Positions 29,430 to 42,200 of a stretch of 64,000 nt of DNA are shown here, piece by piece. The stretch's first letter is position 1. Each line of letters begins with the position of its first letter. Source of the DNA: Tubulanus polymorphus (Eukaryota; Animalia; Nemertea); the NCBI RefSeq assembly GCF_964204645.1, contig NC_134035.1, positions 8,216,451-8,280,450 of the forward strand, written 5' to 3'. The notes below the pieces were generated by a model. It did not search any database. It was not told the DNA's origin and was given only the letters and a program-made list of their open reading frames with translations. Both the position numbers and the translations under genes were made by a program.

Positions 29430-29839
29430 GATGTTCACCGGTTTGCCCCAAAGATGTATCTTTGACCATAACTATTCATTTAGTTTCTAAGTTTTAAGCA
29501 CTGTTCACCGAGCACCGTTCGTATTTGTCGGTGCGAATTGAATAATAAGATGAAATAGTCGTTTAGACAGAAAATATCTCGATTTTGGCAAATTCGGGTT
29601 GATACGCAGTGATCAGGCATTACTTTTCCAGAAACCATAATAATCTTCAGTAACAATGAAAAATGAATACCAACTTTCTACGCTGAGTAACCGAGCGCAA
29701 GACCCCACATTCTCCCATATTCTCAGGAAAGACAGTGTAGTCCCTCAGTCCGTCATCGCTAGACAATATCACAGCATATTGACGAGCTAAAGCATTTACA
29801 TACATTAAACACGCAAAATATTTACAAGCATTTTTTCGA

Positions 29840-30454
29840 TTATTTTTGCAAGAATTCAACGGGGCCGTAACAGCACTCACAACACAAACAGGCTTGTATT
29901 ATGGAAACGATCAGCCCGGTGAGGAATAACAGGGCTTTAACGATAGATATAGCGTAAAGTCCTGCCAGAGGGCTGACTGGGAAAATCCCAAAAATACCTA
30001 ACACTACAGCTGAATACCAAGACTCAGTAACTAACGCTGCTAGCGAAGCTAATGCGGCAAATATGCTAAGAATCATCAGACCGATGTGAGCGCTGCTTCC
30101 ACAACACGAGTCGTTCTTTCCGAGACTAATGCCGTATATACCGCTTATAACCAGCAGAATCCCTGCCCACAAGCCGCTACCGGCCGCTGCAAATTGCCAA
30201 ATTGCCAGTTCCGACACATTCAAAATCAAAAGCACGATCCCGGCTACGAACGACACGACACCCAACCCCAGAATCGAACCCCGCCTCAGTTGACGGTCGG
30301 GCATCGGGTTAACCTCCATCGGTTCTCGCATGATGTATATTTGTTTCTCACCGGCTGACTGGGTCTGGGGTGGCCCGCTGTATCCTTGATTAGCAGCTGC
30401 ATACGTCGGTGGCGATGCCTCGTAACTCGGCGGCGCTTCGTTTATTCCGGCCAT
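29840..30454 (-). CDS. MS4A/CD20-like four-transmembrane protein
   Basis: 204-aa single-exon ORF with N-terminal PPSY/PPTY motifs, four hydrophobic helices, GSGLWAGILLVISG typical of the CD20/MS4A family, and a Cys-rich C-terminal tail. Confidence 0.75.
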   Translation of the reverse strand: MAGINEAPPSYEASPPTYAAANQGYSGPPQTQSAGEKQIYIMREPMEVNPMPDRQLRRGSILGLGVVSFVAGIVLLILNVSELAIWQFAAAGSGLWAGILLVISGIYGISLGKNDSCCGSSAHIGLMILSIFAALASLAALVTESWYSAVVLGIFGIFPVSPLAGLYAISIVKALLFLTGLIVSIIQACLCCECCYGPVEFLQK

Positions 30455-31552
30455 ATTCTGTCAATAAAAACCTTCTATGTAGAATTCCTAGGACGAAATA
30501 CAATAAAGATCTTCCGTGTTGACTACAACTTTTTACACAAGTGACCAAAATTTGGTGCATTCTGATTCATTATCTCGAAATAGAAATATTCAGTATTAGG
30601 TCCGCGTTTCTGTCGCTTTTGACGAAAGGTCCATTATATTTCATACCACATTGAAGTAGACTTGTACCTTTTGGTATTGTATCTGTCATCTCAAAAATGA
30701 TTGTTTGATTTCCAAAAAGGAACTCAACATATAAATGTAATAGAAAATATACCTTATCTTATGGAATCGTACGTGCAACGGTTTCCAAAAATGTTTAGAA
30801 ATGTCCAGTATCCACCGTGGGATTCATGCGTAAAATTCACTTTCCAACGTAAGACGGTCAACAATGAGGCGCCGTCGACTCATTTCCTTACTGCACCGAA
30901 TACCGAAATGATTGGAAGCGCACGATATTGTCATTCGTAGGGAGGAATGTCTAAGACGACTTATAGAAATTGAATTGCTCTTACGAGCAGATGTGAGGGG
31001 ATGACTACTTTTTGATAACGGGTTTAACGGGATATTTCTGTGATAATGAGCGAACGGTTACGGATTAGGTATCGATCAAAAAATATTTTCTATACGACGT
31101 CCGTTAAATCGGGCGCATTAAAGCCGTTTTTCTGATAACTGCTGAATCCATGCATGGCATTGTGTCCTACCACAGGTTTCCCCTTTGCACCTTCCCCGCG
31201 GATCAACAACTATCCCTGAAAATCTGTGAACGTCGAATATTACGAAATTGTGAGATAAATAATTTAATAAGAAAATAATTTTTCGTCAGATGGCATAATG
31301 GCTTTTGGGCCCAGTTTCACGAAAAAGTTTAAGCCTAAAACGGTTAAGTTTGAATTGTTATCCTCATTGAAAACATGAAGTAACCAATAGCGATTACACC
31401 AAAAATTTGAGTTAAATTTTTGTGTGAAAGTGGGGCCAGTAGAAGGAATTTTGAGTATAGTATTTACTATTATTCTAATTACATTTCATATCACACCACA
31501 TATCATTGATCCTCTACAAATATACGCTGCTTCGAAGTGACAGTGAAATTAC

Positions 31553-31690
31553 GCGCACTCACCGGGGATCAAACCCGGGCCTCGCAAGCAAGCGCGCTAA
31601 CCAGTAGATAGACTGGTTGCCGGTCTCTACCTTCAGTTAGGCCATCTTCACCAGTCAAGGGATTCGAACCCACTACGCTAACCCTGTTCG
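31553..31690 (-). mobile_element. tRNA-derived SINE-like fragment(s); similar relics near 10582-10715 (+) and 19255-19330 (-)
   Basis: A-box-like TGGTTAGCGCG and B-box-like GGTTTGATCCC / GGTTCGAATCCC on the minus strand, no full cloverleaf. Confidence 0.45.
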
Positions 31691-33272
31691 CCGAACCCCT
31701 TGACCTCACGATTCGTTGGAGTCGTTACTGTAGACTGGTTACCGGTCTCTATCTTCAATTAGAATGGGATATATTGAATGGGACAGTCAACCAGTCTATC
31801 GTTACTGCCGACCAGAATCCGGTCGTACCAACCACAGCTCTTGTAACAAACGACTTTAGGCTATATTGGTTTTCCCGTTAAATGGACCAATCAGTGAACG
31901 ATTTACTAAACAAGGAAGTATTTCGCAAATCGATATATTACGTCATGCACAACAGCGCCAGTAATGAAATCACGCTTCGTGAGGCCAGGGGGCTGGAATT
32001 GAAATTGAATTGAAGCGAGTTCGGGAGTGATACCGGACCCCTGACAAGCGAGGATGCAGTTAGACTGACTGCGAATGCAGGTGGCGCAGAATTGGACAGG
32101 CGACCAGTCTAACCAGTAGACCAGTATAACTTATCCAATAGTACGTTTGCGTCAAAATGAACGTTTTCAAGTTTGTTTTAGTCGAACCAAACTAAAACTA
32201 CGGAACACTGACGAACGAATGCATTACATTCTTCGAAAATCCCAGCTGTCATTTCCAGGAACTCATTAACAGTCGCTCGAAACCGAACAAAACGATAGAT
32301 CAGCACATGTTTTATAAACTTGTATATAATCCGATGATTAAATCTGGGATTTCCACAATTTCTGAATATACCCGGAAATTATCATCGATGCTCGAATTAT
32401 TTAACAGTGCATTTTCCGCAATAACTGCAGCGACCGCCGCGACATAGTACACGTATAATAAACACATAGGCCCCTATTCGAATAGTAACTATTCACATCC
32501 TAATCGATGATAAATGCACACGCGAATTGCCTCAATCACGCCGATAGCACGACGTTTCATTCTAACAGTGTTACAAAAGCTAATTTTCCGGACAGTTTTT
32601 CGCACCGTATTCAATAATCATATTCTATATTACTCGCCCTCACAGCCAGCGCACTGAAGTAGGTATTGATTTCTCTAAGTTTTAGCCATTCGTTGGTAGG
32701 CCTGTGGACTGACTAGGGACTGCCCATATTTATCCGAATTATGCATTATAGTATAGTTTATACACGGGTTCGGGGTAAATGGACCAAATATTTCATCCGA
32801 ATTAACTGAAATTTCGGATTGAAAAATCCGAATTAAGCGAGTTCTACTGTGATGTTCTCATTGAAAGAACTCATTGGAAGAACTCATTGACATTGTGTGA
32901 CATGTTCATATATGAATGAATGAATGGATGAAAAATTCGTGTTATGTTATGCTATAATTTCAATGTAAATAATGACTATTATAAAAACAACTTTAGGTTT
33001 ATGTGAATGTCTGCTTAATCCTTGAATTAAGAATAATTCAGAAGTAGGCTTACGTAGATGAAATCATTATACAGAATCTCAATCACTACCTGTTCGGGTC
33101 CTTCGATTCAAATTCTATGTGAAGGGGAGTTTGTCACTATATTAAAGCATAACACTGTAGACCCGTTTCCTTAATTGACTCAAAATTAGTTTACTTCAAC
33201 CGCAAGACCAAGCCGATTACTAATCTATTAATGTTAACTTTTTCAGGTTTTGAGAGCACACAATTCTGTAGA

Positions 33273-36200
33273 ATGGGGAATCTGACAATAAATGGCTTTA
33301 AAGTAGGTTTAAATCAAAGCTAATTTCTGCATATAATAACCTTTATGTCGAATACTATTCACTTTTCTTTGTAAACGATTTTTACCGGAGAAAAATCTCA
33401 TTCGATTATATTTCAGTTTAGTGGAACCTTTATCTCAGTTATTGCAACATAGTTTGGGCTCAAAATTTGTGTAAATGTTTACTAATGTCAAAAATGTTTA
33501 CTAAAATTCTTTATTGCTACTTCAAAAGCGTGCGGTTCGAATAATAACAAATTCAAATTATTTAGAACACACTGAGCCACTTTTTAAAAGACTGAAAATA
33601 CTAAGAATCGGAGAAATGAACAAATTACAGTTAAGATGCTTTATGTTTAATAATAACAAATCCATGCTACCTGATTGTTTTAATGATTATTTTCGATATG
33701 ATATTCACAATTATCAAACTCAGCTTAAACAATATGGAAATCTCGAAGAAGTAAGTTTTCAGTAAAGACTTCTGGTTCACTACTGGAATTCACTCGATCC
33801 AACTTTAAAGGAGTCGACGAGTATCAACGTTTTTAAAAAGATTTTAATTCATCAACTGTTAATGGGCCAATAGTTATGTTTAATCTCTGTTTAATGTATA
33901 TTGATCTGAATTTATTTATGTCACTTTTCCCTGCCTTGTCAAGATTTTCATGCGTGTGCTTCTCCAAGTGCGATTGTTTGGTGAAAGCTTGTGTGCATGT
34001 GTGTGCGTGTGTGATTTCCATGGGTGCCAGGGCCATGTTTAAAGGTTACAATTTAACTTCTTCTGGTATCCATCGACTTATATTACATTACCATATTATC
34101 ATCTGTAATTTTCTAATGTAATTTAATTCGTAAATTAAAAATGATAATTTAAGTCGATACTCCCTTTTGAGTGAAACCAATTTTTCGAGAGCATTTCATT
34201 TTTCCAGATGTTGAAACTAAATAATTCATAAGGTGATGTTTATAAATCTGTAACATAAGGTGGGTGCTGGAGCGACGGAATTGCCAGTAGTGACGAAGGA
34301 AATGAAAGAGATGTACGAGGCACAAGCAAAACATACAATAGACACGATTCGAGATGACGAAATGTACAAACGATTGAGGGGAATTGGACGTCGTTTAGAC
34401 GTCGAGAACCTGGTCTTTGAAGGCGGCGGCGCGAAAGGCATCGCGTACGGTGGCGTTATCTTGGTAAGGGAAAAGGCGCGCACAAAACTTTCCTAAAAAA
34501 CCCGCAAACGTATATATGCGTTTAATTGCATCAAAAGATAGATATATGAGTTTAGTTCCATCCAAGTTGACATATTGCGCTTTAGAATAGGCAGAGGCGG
34601 GTACAATGAGAGAACTGTTTGAAAGCAAAAAAGAAAAAAGGAAAAAAAAGCAACCTACTGGCTAAACGAAATTGATCGCATCGCTTTATCGAATTAAAAG
34701 GAGCCATGCGAAATATTGCGTACCCATTTTTTTACGTCATTTGAAATTTTTAAAGGCGCTGAGCGATTTGGGAATACTGCAGAATGTGAAGAGATTCGCT
34801 GGTGCCAGTATAGGAGCGGTGACCGCGATGTACCTGGCTATAGGATTCACTGCCGACGAGATCATCGAATCGTTTCTGTACAACGACAATATCTTACAAG
34901 GTGAGAACTGTTTTCGTCGGTCAACTCCGCTACTGTAGTGAAATTTTATATTAGACGTTCATTTTTCAGTATGTACATATAGAACGAATATGTGTAGTAT
35001 TGCAGCCTTTAAAAAGTACAATATATAATCTATTCAAATTCTCAATGAAGATATACGCGGGCTCTAATTCATTGTCAATGAGATAAACAAAACGCATTTA
35101 AAGCTCAATGGAGATAATGAATGATTTGTTATTGAAATTATAGACGGGCTCTTTTGATTCCTTTGAATAGAGCTAGCAATTCCCACTATAGATTTTTCAC
35201 TGTCGAAAAACAGGAAGATAAATGCATGTATTGCGTATCTAGGAGTTCCCTTTCAAATACGAGGTAGAGAAGTGGCGAATGCGTGCGACTAGATTTACTG
35301 TATGCTCGCCTCTACAAGGTCAGGGGTCCACCCTCGTGAATATTCAAAAGTGACCTTTCAGAGGTGGGAAAACAGTGTATGATTTATCACGAAATTGCAG
35401 TTGACCGAACAGAAATCCCCGCCGTTATGTATCAGTATCAGCTGAACAATTACGATCGAATCAGATTTTTGCTATAAGGAATGAGATTATTTTTATTTTG
35501 CAAAATTGGCTCATATGCGCCCTCGAATTGTCCATGTGAGGATAACCCCACAGACATTTCTTCAATATTTATTCAGTATGTGTTAAGAATTCTGAGCCGT
35601 TGATTGGAAAGAATGTCCGTTGAATCTAACCGATAACTGTAAAAACGGATTCAGACTCCGATTTCTTCATGATAAAAAAACTGATGTACGGGAAATAGAA
35701 TGAAATCTACGCGATGTTTTTAGAATAGGATGATTCGAGTTTATTCCAGCCATCTGCATTTTAATTATACAGACGAGTCGATGTTCGCACTTCCTGGTAA
35801 CGTGTATAGAAAATACGGCTGGTTCGAAGGACGACTGGTGACGCAGTTTCTCGAAGAGCAAATTGCCAGAAAAACAGGCGACCCGAAACTGACATTCGAA
35901 CAGGTCACTGAGAATGAAATATTGTAAAAGATCCCATTTTCCAATAGTTTATAAAACTACGTTCTCATCCATCAGAAATATTCCGAAAATGTATCTTGTA
36001 TTTTCGTTAATCGTTTATCTACGTCAAACCTGGTCGATGTTATTTTCTTTCTTGTATTTTACAGCTTTATAAGCGATACGGAGTCGAGTTGTGTGTTATT
36101 GTTACGAACGTCAGCAACATGCAATGTGAATACTGCCACCCAAAAACCACCCCAGATCTATCCATCGCTCGCGCGCTCAGAATGTCCATAGCCTTGCCGC

Positions 36201-39200
36201 GTACGTATATCAGCTTGAAACACATACCTATTGATACGAAACTATGTACCAGAAATAATGGCCTTTGAATATGGTAGTCAATCATTGTAAAAACTAATGC
36301 GACGGCTGTGGAAATATTTATAAGGGGGACGCAAACGGAGGCAAAAACAATTCCGGCCAATCACATGTGAGCAGGAATTCTATAACATTCTAAGCAATTT
36401 AACATTCTAAGAATTCCAAGCAATTCAACAGTGTCACAATGGCCCCAGGTTATCAAAGTTCTTGAGATGGCACATGGCACACAGGAATGGGCATATATCA
36501 CCGAAAAGTTTGAAGTTCTGGGCTGAAAAATCATCCGTGATTTCCACGGGTTTTACTTTAGTGTACCTACAAATAACAAGTACGGAGAAATTTGGAAAAT
36601 TCAAGGCGTTTTAGACGCATTTTCCGAAAATAGGAACTAGGAATCTTGTGCCGGGGGATGCGTTCGCACCCAATGCACCAACCTGGGCACAGTCTTTCTC
36701 CTACTAAAACATTTATCCGATTTACACCGATCTGATTTACGCATGCCGGTTCAGCATCCAGTCTTGGTATCATATACACGAAAATATAAAGCGTATGTGA
36801 TACATATTTATCTTTACGTGTTTCTGACTCCGTTAAAACCCGTTAGAATAATGTTTATATACATTGATACCTAGTATGCGATATTTATGGGGTTCTGTGA
36901 GAGTCAATGTGCACTACGTCATCAATCAATATTGGCGTATATAACAAAAACTGGGTTTTGGCGATTATTTTGTTATCAAATATATTTCATAACTCTTATT
37001 ATATATTTGATAAATTTTATCAATTATTTTTGTGAAGATGTGAACTACGCAATAGATATATCGGGGCTAGACTGGTTGCCGGTCAATTCAATTATCGATA
37101 TATTCAGATCCAAAATAATTTTATTGATATTTATTGAACTTTAACATTATATAATTCATATTTTATGGTTGTCGACAATATTAAGCAATACATTTGTTAT
37201 TTCATCAAGGCGTCAATAAACTTCCAAGTTGTTTTTCTCGTTTTAGCCATGATACAGCCGGTGATGGAAAACACGGGCGTTTATTACTCGGACGGCGGGC
37301 TGCTTAATAACTATCCAATCCATGTTTTCGATGGTGAGTCCATTAGAATCAAGCTCGTTAAGATATTATTATATTATATACATACGATAAAGACAGACTG
37401 TTGTAGAATACGAGCTAAAGGAACCAGTGCAGTCTCGGTTTATAGTTTTTCATTTGCATACATTAAAAACCCCGCTGATATCAATTTTCACCATTGCTGA
37501 TAAAGGAGCCACTGCTATATCCTAAGCAGGTAGCCTGTAGAAGTAGATCGGTATACTCATCATGAGAATTTTTGATAAATCTCGCAATAAATTCATCCAC
37601 TCTGAACCACCGAAATCGTTCGAAAACTTTTGGAGCCATATCCATAGTCATAATATAATACTCGGCAACGGCAAAATGTATACACATTTTTTACAATAGC
37701 CAAAGAAAATGTTCATTAAAAATATCTGACCCTTTAGTTTAGAATAACATCAGGGGTCAATCTAGAAATTCTTACACTATCGTAGTCAGGAGAATAACAG
37801 TCTAATATAATATATTCCAATCAAAGCTACATTAACGAAACTATATATGAAGTGTCGTTTGCACAGACTGACTGCAAGGAGTTATTCTTGAATTCTGAAT
37901 TTGATATCTTTCAAAATGTGCCAATGACCTGTAATGCCTTTCGCAATTAAGTATTTTCGTACGTGTAGTCGAATTCGCTGGTTTGAGATGTCGATTATGT
38001 TAATAGTATAAACGTCGTATTAACGCATGTTCTACTGTAAATATAGGATGGTATTTGAGCATGGAAAAAGAGGCGAGTTTTTTGCACATGTTCGACGCGG
38101 AGGAAAGTCAGTTCGGCACTGTTAACCCTAAAACCCTGGGCATCACACTGGTATGTTACCTTTTTCAAACGATCCTCAATCAGCCTTTGTGATAGTGGGG
38201 CTAGTTTTATAGATCGGTATTAACTTTAACCCCTGGGCTAACTCAAATGATAATGAATTGATTTAGCCCTCGGGTTTATGTTAGTACTAGTGTATGAAAC
38301 CAGTCCATTGGCTATTTTCTTATCAACTTTTATGATTTATTTTCAGTTCAACGCTGATGAAAGTGACTGCGTAAAAGCGGACTTCTTTAGCCAGTGGGAT
38401 AAATATCGCTGGCCAGAAGAGCCCGACACTAGAATTTCCAGGTATTACACGGAATAAGATAAGGATATAATGAGCATACAAATCATTGTACGATTTCAAT
38501 TAAAACACACTACCAATTAAGAGTTTTTTAAAGCTAAATTAATATTGAAAGTTATTATATCGCACAGCTCAAATATATCGCGTTCATCGTACAGTTCACA
38601 ATTTGAAATATTTCGAATGAAAAGTTAAAACTTTCTAATAATTTATCGCATCGTGTAATAATATAACAGAAGTTAAAAAGAATTCACAGTTGGAAAATAT
38701 TCTAAAAGATTAGAATTTTGAAATATAACGCGTACAAAGTTGATTATTTCAGTTAATTCTAACAATCTCTATATTTTCTAAGAATTTATCGCAACGAAAG
38801 TGTTCGTTGCAGGTTATTTATTGCAATTGAATCGAATAGGAAAAGTATAAAGTGGGGGAGGGGGGATATTTACCTGCATTCAAGATTTTAACCTAGGGAG
38901 GTTTTACCCGGGGGATTTTTTTAACCCATATATATGCATACAAAAAAAATAAATAAATCTCTTAATTTATCTAAAAAAATGCGGCTAAGAATATAAATAG
39001 TTTGGTTTGTCTCTGATGAAATCTACGTCCTATGCCCCCTACTGTCAAACGAGTATTACATATTTGTATTTGTTTTTGATATGTATATGTTGATGAATAT
39101 GTTTGTATATACTTGTTCTGTGCAGAATTTATTTTTGTGGAACAATTAACTAAACTAAACTAAACTGTTAGCGATATAACAAGCGTAGTAGCGTAATAGT

Positions 39201-42200
39201 CGCGCAAGAGTAATCATTTTCATTCGATGGTGCAGATATCGTCGAGAGAATACCAGGAAGAAGGATGAAATCCTCACGAATAAAGGGAAATTCGCCAAGT
39301 GTGCTCGAAAATTCATCGCCAGACTTCGAGATGCAGACGCTAACAATGACGGATGTATAGATAGAGACGAACTCGATAAAGCTCTGAAAGATGTACGTAT
39401 CATTTAGATTTAACTATGAAAACTGCAAGTCTCCAGAATTTGCAATCGATTTTAATTTACATAAGATACCGGAAAAATGTAAAGCGCTCTGAGTGCTATA
39501 TAAGACACATATTATTATCATTATTATCATTATTATAATTATCATCATTATTATAATTATTATAATTATTTTAATTATTATCATTATTATAATTATTTTA
39601 ATTATTATCATTGATTATTATTATTATAATAATTATTATAATTAATTATTATCATTATCATCAACATTATCATTATCATTATCATTACCATTATTATTAT
39701 CATTATTATTATCATTTTTATTATTATTATCATCATCATCTTTATAATTATTATTATCGTTATTATTAAAATAAAACAAATAATCCGATTTTAAATTATT
39801 TGTGGTATTATATGATTTACATGAATAAACATAGCAAATCAATATACTAATGTATTACCCGAGGCGTTGGGAAAAGTTGGTTTTCAAAAAAGTCCTAAGC
39901 TCGCGTCCATTCATCCTCACATACAATATGCAGACATACGCACATCCACATTCATTCGTTAAGCCCAAATGCACATGACGCAGAGAAACAGGAGATACAA
40001 ACAGAACCAAACAGAAAAAAACAAAACAAAACAAAACAAATTTGTCGTGTTCAGAACATTTCTTTATCTTTTTACTCTTCGTAGATGGATTGTCTGTCGG
40101 ACGCCGAAATAGATTTACTGTTCGGAACGAATCGGGAAAATACCGACCAAATCCTCAACCAGCTGGACTCTAACCAAAACAATAAGGTCAGTTAAACGAG
40201 TAAAAATTCTACTGTACGAAATACGATGTTTCATGATAAAGACTTTCATATTGATACGATTTGATATGATATGATCAATTTTCACGTAGAATTTTTACTG
40301 AATTAATGAATGATCAAATATATACATTAATAAATGTAATAATATTGAATGAAGGACTGCTATGAAGCATCGGTTAGCTTGTGCAAGAAAGTAGCCCCAT
40401 AGAAATTACGGATATCACTCGACGCGGGAATGTTTGAGCCTTTTTTTTAAACTGATACACTTTTTGATTTTTTAATATCTGTACTAACTTCATTCCATAT
40501 GGGCCTGGAACTTTTTATGAATGTTTTTAACTGCCCCTAGAAATGTGGGAATGTTTAGGTCATTACGGCTTCTGGTTAAATGGCTGTGAAATTGATTTCT
40601 TAGAAGAAGATAATTCTCAAATCTTCGGGGATATATTATTATGGATGTAGTTATAATACATAAAACAACCAATTTAGAATTTATTAAGATCTTAGATTTT
40701 TAAAATGACAAGTCTTTTAGTATGATAACCACACTCAAATGTGTTAAACGGATAATGAGATATGTGCAATTGAAAGAATTTAAAATCGAGAATTTATTTC
40801 TAAAATGTAAAAAACACGACGTTTCGATCTCGCACTAGAGATCATCGTCACACCTGACGATGATCTCTAGTGGGTTTTTATCTCATCGACAAGTCTTTTG
40901 AATATTAGACAATGGGACAACGTTCGTGAGAACGACTCACGATCAACTCTACTTGCAGATCGAATACGACGAGATTCTTTGGTTTCTTCAACGAAAGGGC
41001 ATCGGTTTGTTTAATTCGATGATAACGCCAACGATAACGGATAAGTCGGTGACGTCAATTTTCAGATTTTTCGGTAACATATTCGCCGCGATGCAGATGA
41101 GAACCAGAGAAATAACGACAAGGGTAAGAAATATCGACGCCTAATTGAGTCGAATCGCGAGAGGATTTTTCTTTCGAATGCAATCCTGCAGAAAGTATAG
41201 AAAATATCTTAGTGAATTCTTAGTGCATTTCAGGGCCGTACAGCATTCTAATTTTGGGAGGCAGAGAAACCCGAAAAAAGGGGATATGACGATAACATTT
41301 GCAAAAAGGGCACTTTCACATTCCAAATTTCACGGGGACTTCCCCTTGCCCCCTGCTAGATACGGCCCTGCATTTTTGACGTTTTTTTCAAATTTATGAA
41401 AATTCAAAATTGCCAGATTCTAAACGCCGGACGATTATAGTTATTCGTTTGTTCTTATCCAGAAAGAAGACATGGAGCGTACGATAGGCGTGTACTGTCG
41501 ATACATACAAACCACAGATCTCGACTTAGAAATAGAGGATAAACAGTACTGCATGAAAGTAAGTAATCATCGTCAGTAGATATTTGCTGCAAACATTCAA
41601 ATCGTGTGGCTGGGTAAAGCTTTCCGGTTGACCGACCCGGTTAGCATACGGTCGGTACTGGTCGGATATTTCAAAACGTGTCAAAATTGGCCCGATTTAG
41701 TTGGATCCGCCGGTGCTTGGATCCACAGAATATACTCGACTGATATCCTGATATCAAAATTTAACCACTCACGCTATGCCCAAATAGGGTAAATTAAATA
41801 CCAACAATAAATCTGCATTACTCATTAGAAAATTACCGGTAAATTCTTAATGTTTTTGCTGTTAATTCAAAAACATGCGATTTCCGAGATAATGAGTGTA
41901 TCATTTGCAACATTCATAGGTTTAACGAAACCGAGTTAAATAGTTAAAATCAGTAAAAGAGAAGTTGCAGTATTATCGTTTCATTCGGTGCATGAAGCCT
42001 TGTTTTTAGCCCACTTGGGACTTTAGTCCCAGCGTGCTATTGCGTTCACTTTTCGTCCGTCATCCGTCCGTCCGTTCGTCCGTCCGTAGACGGAATCCAG
42101 TTATTTTGGGAAGTTTTGAAGACGCTTCAAGGTAATGACTTAATATTTGGTTTATACATGTATCTACCCTAGACACATCTTCAGTCCAAAAATTGGCCCT

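Noticed and set aside
29300-32856. Direct repeats flanking the MS4A-like gene as a composite transposon
   Set aside because: Both are copies of a short Tigger-like MITE; no transposase or TSD around the whole unit
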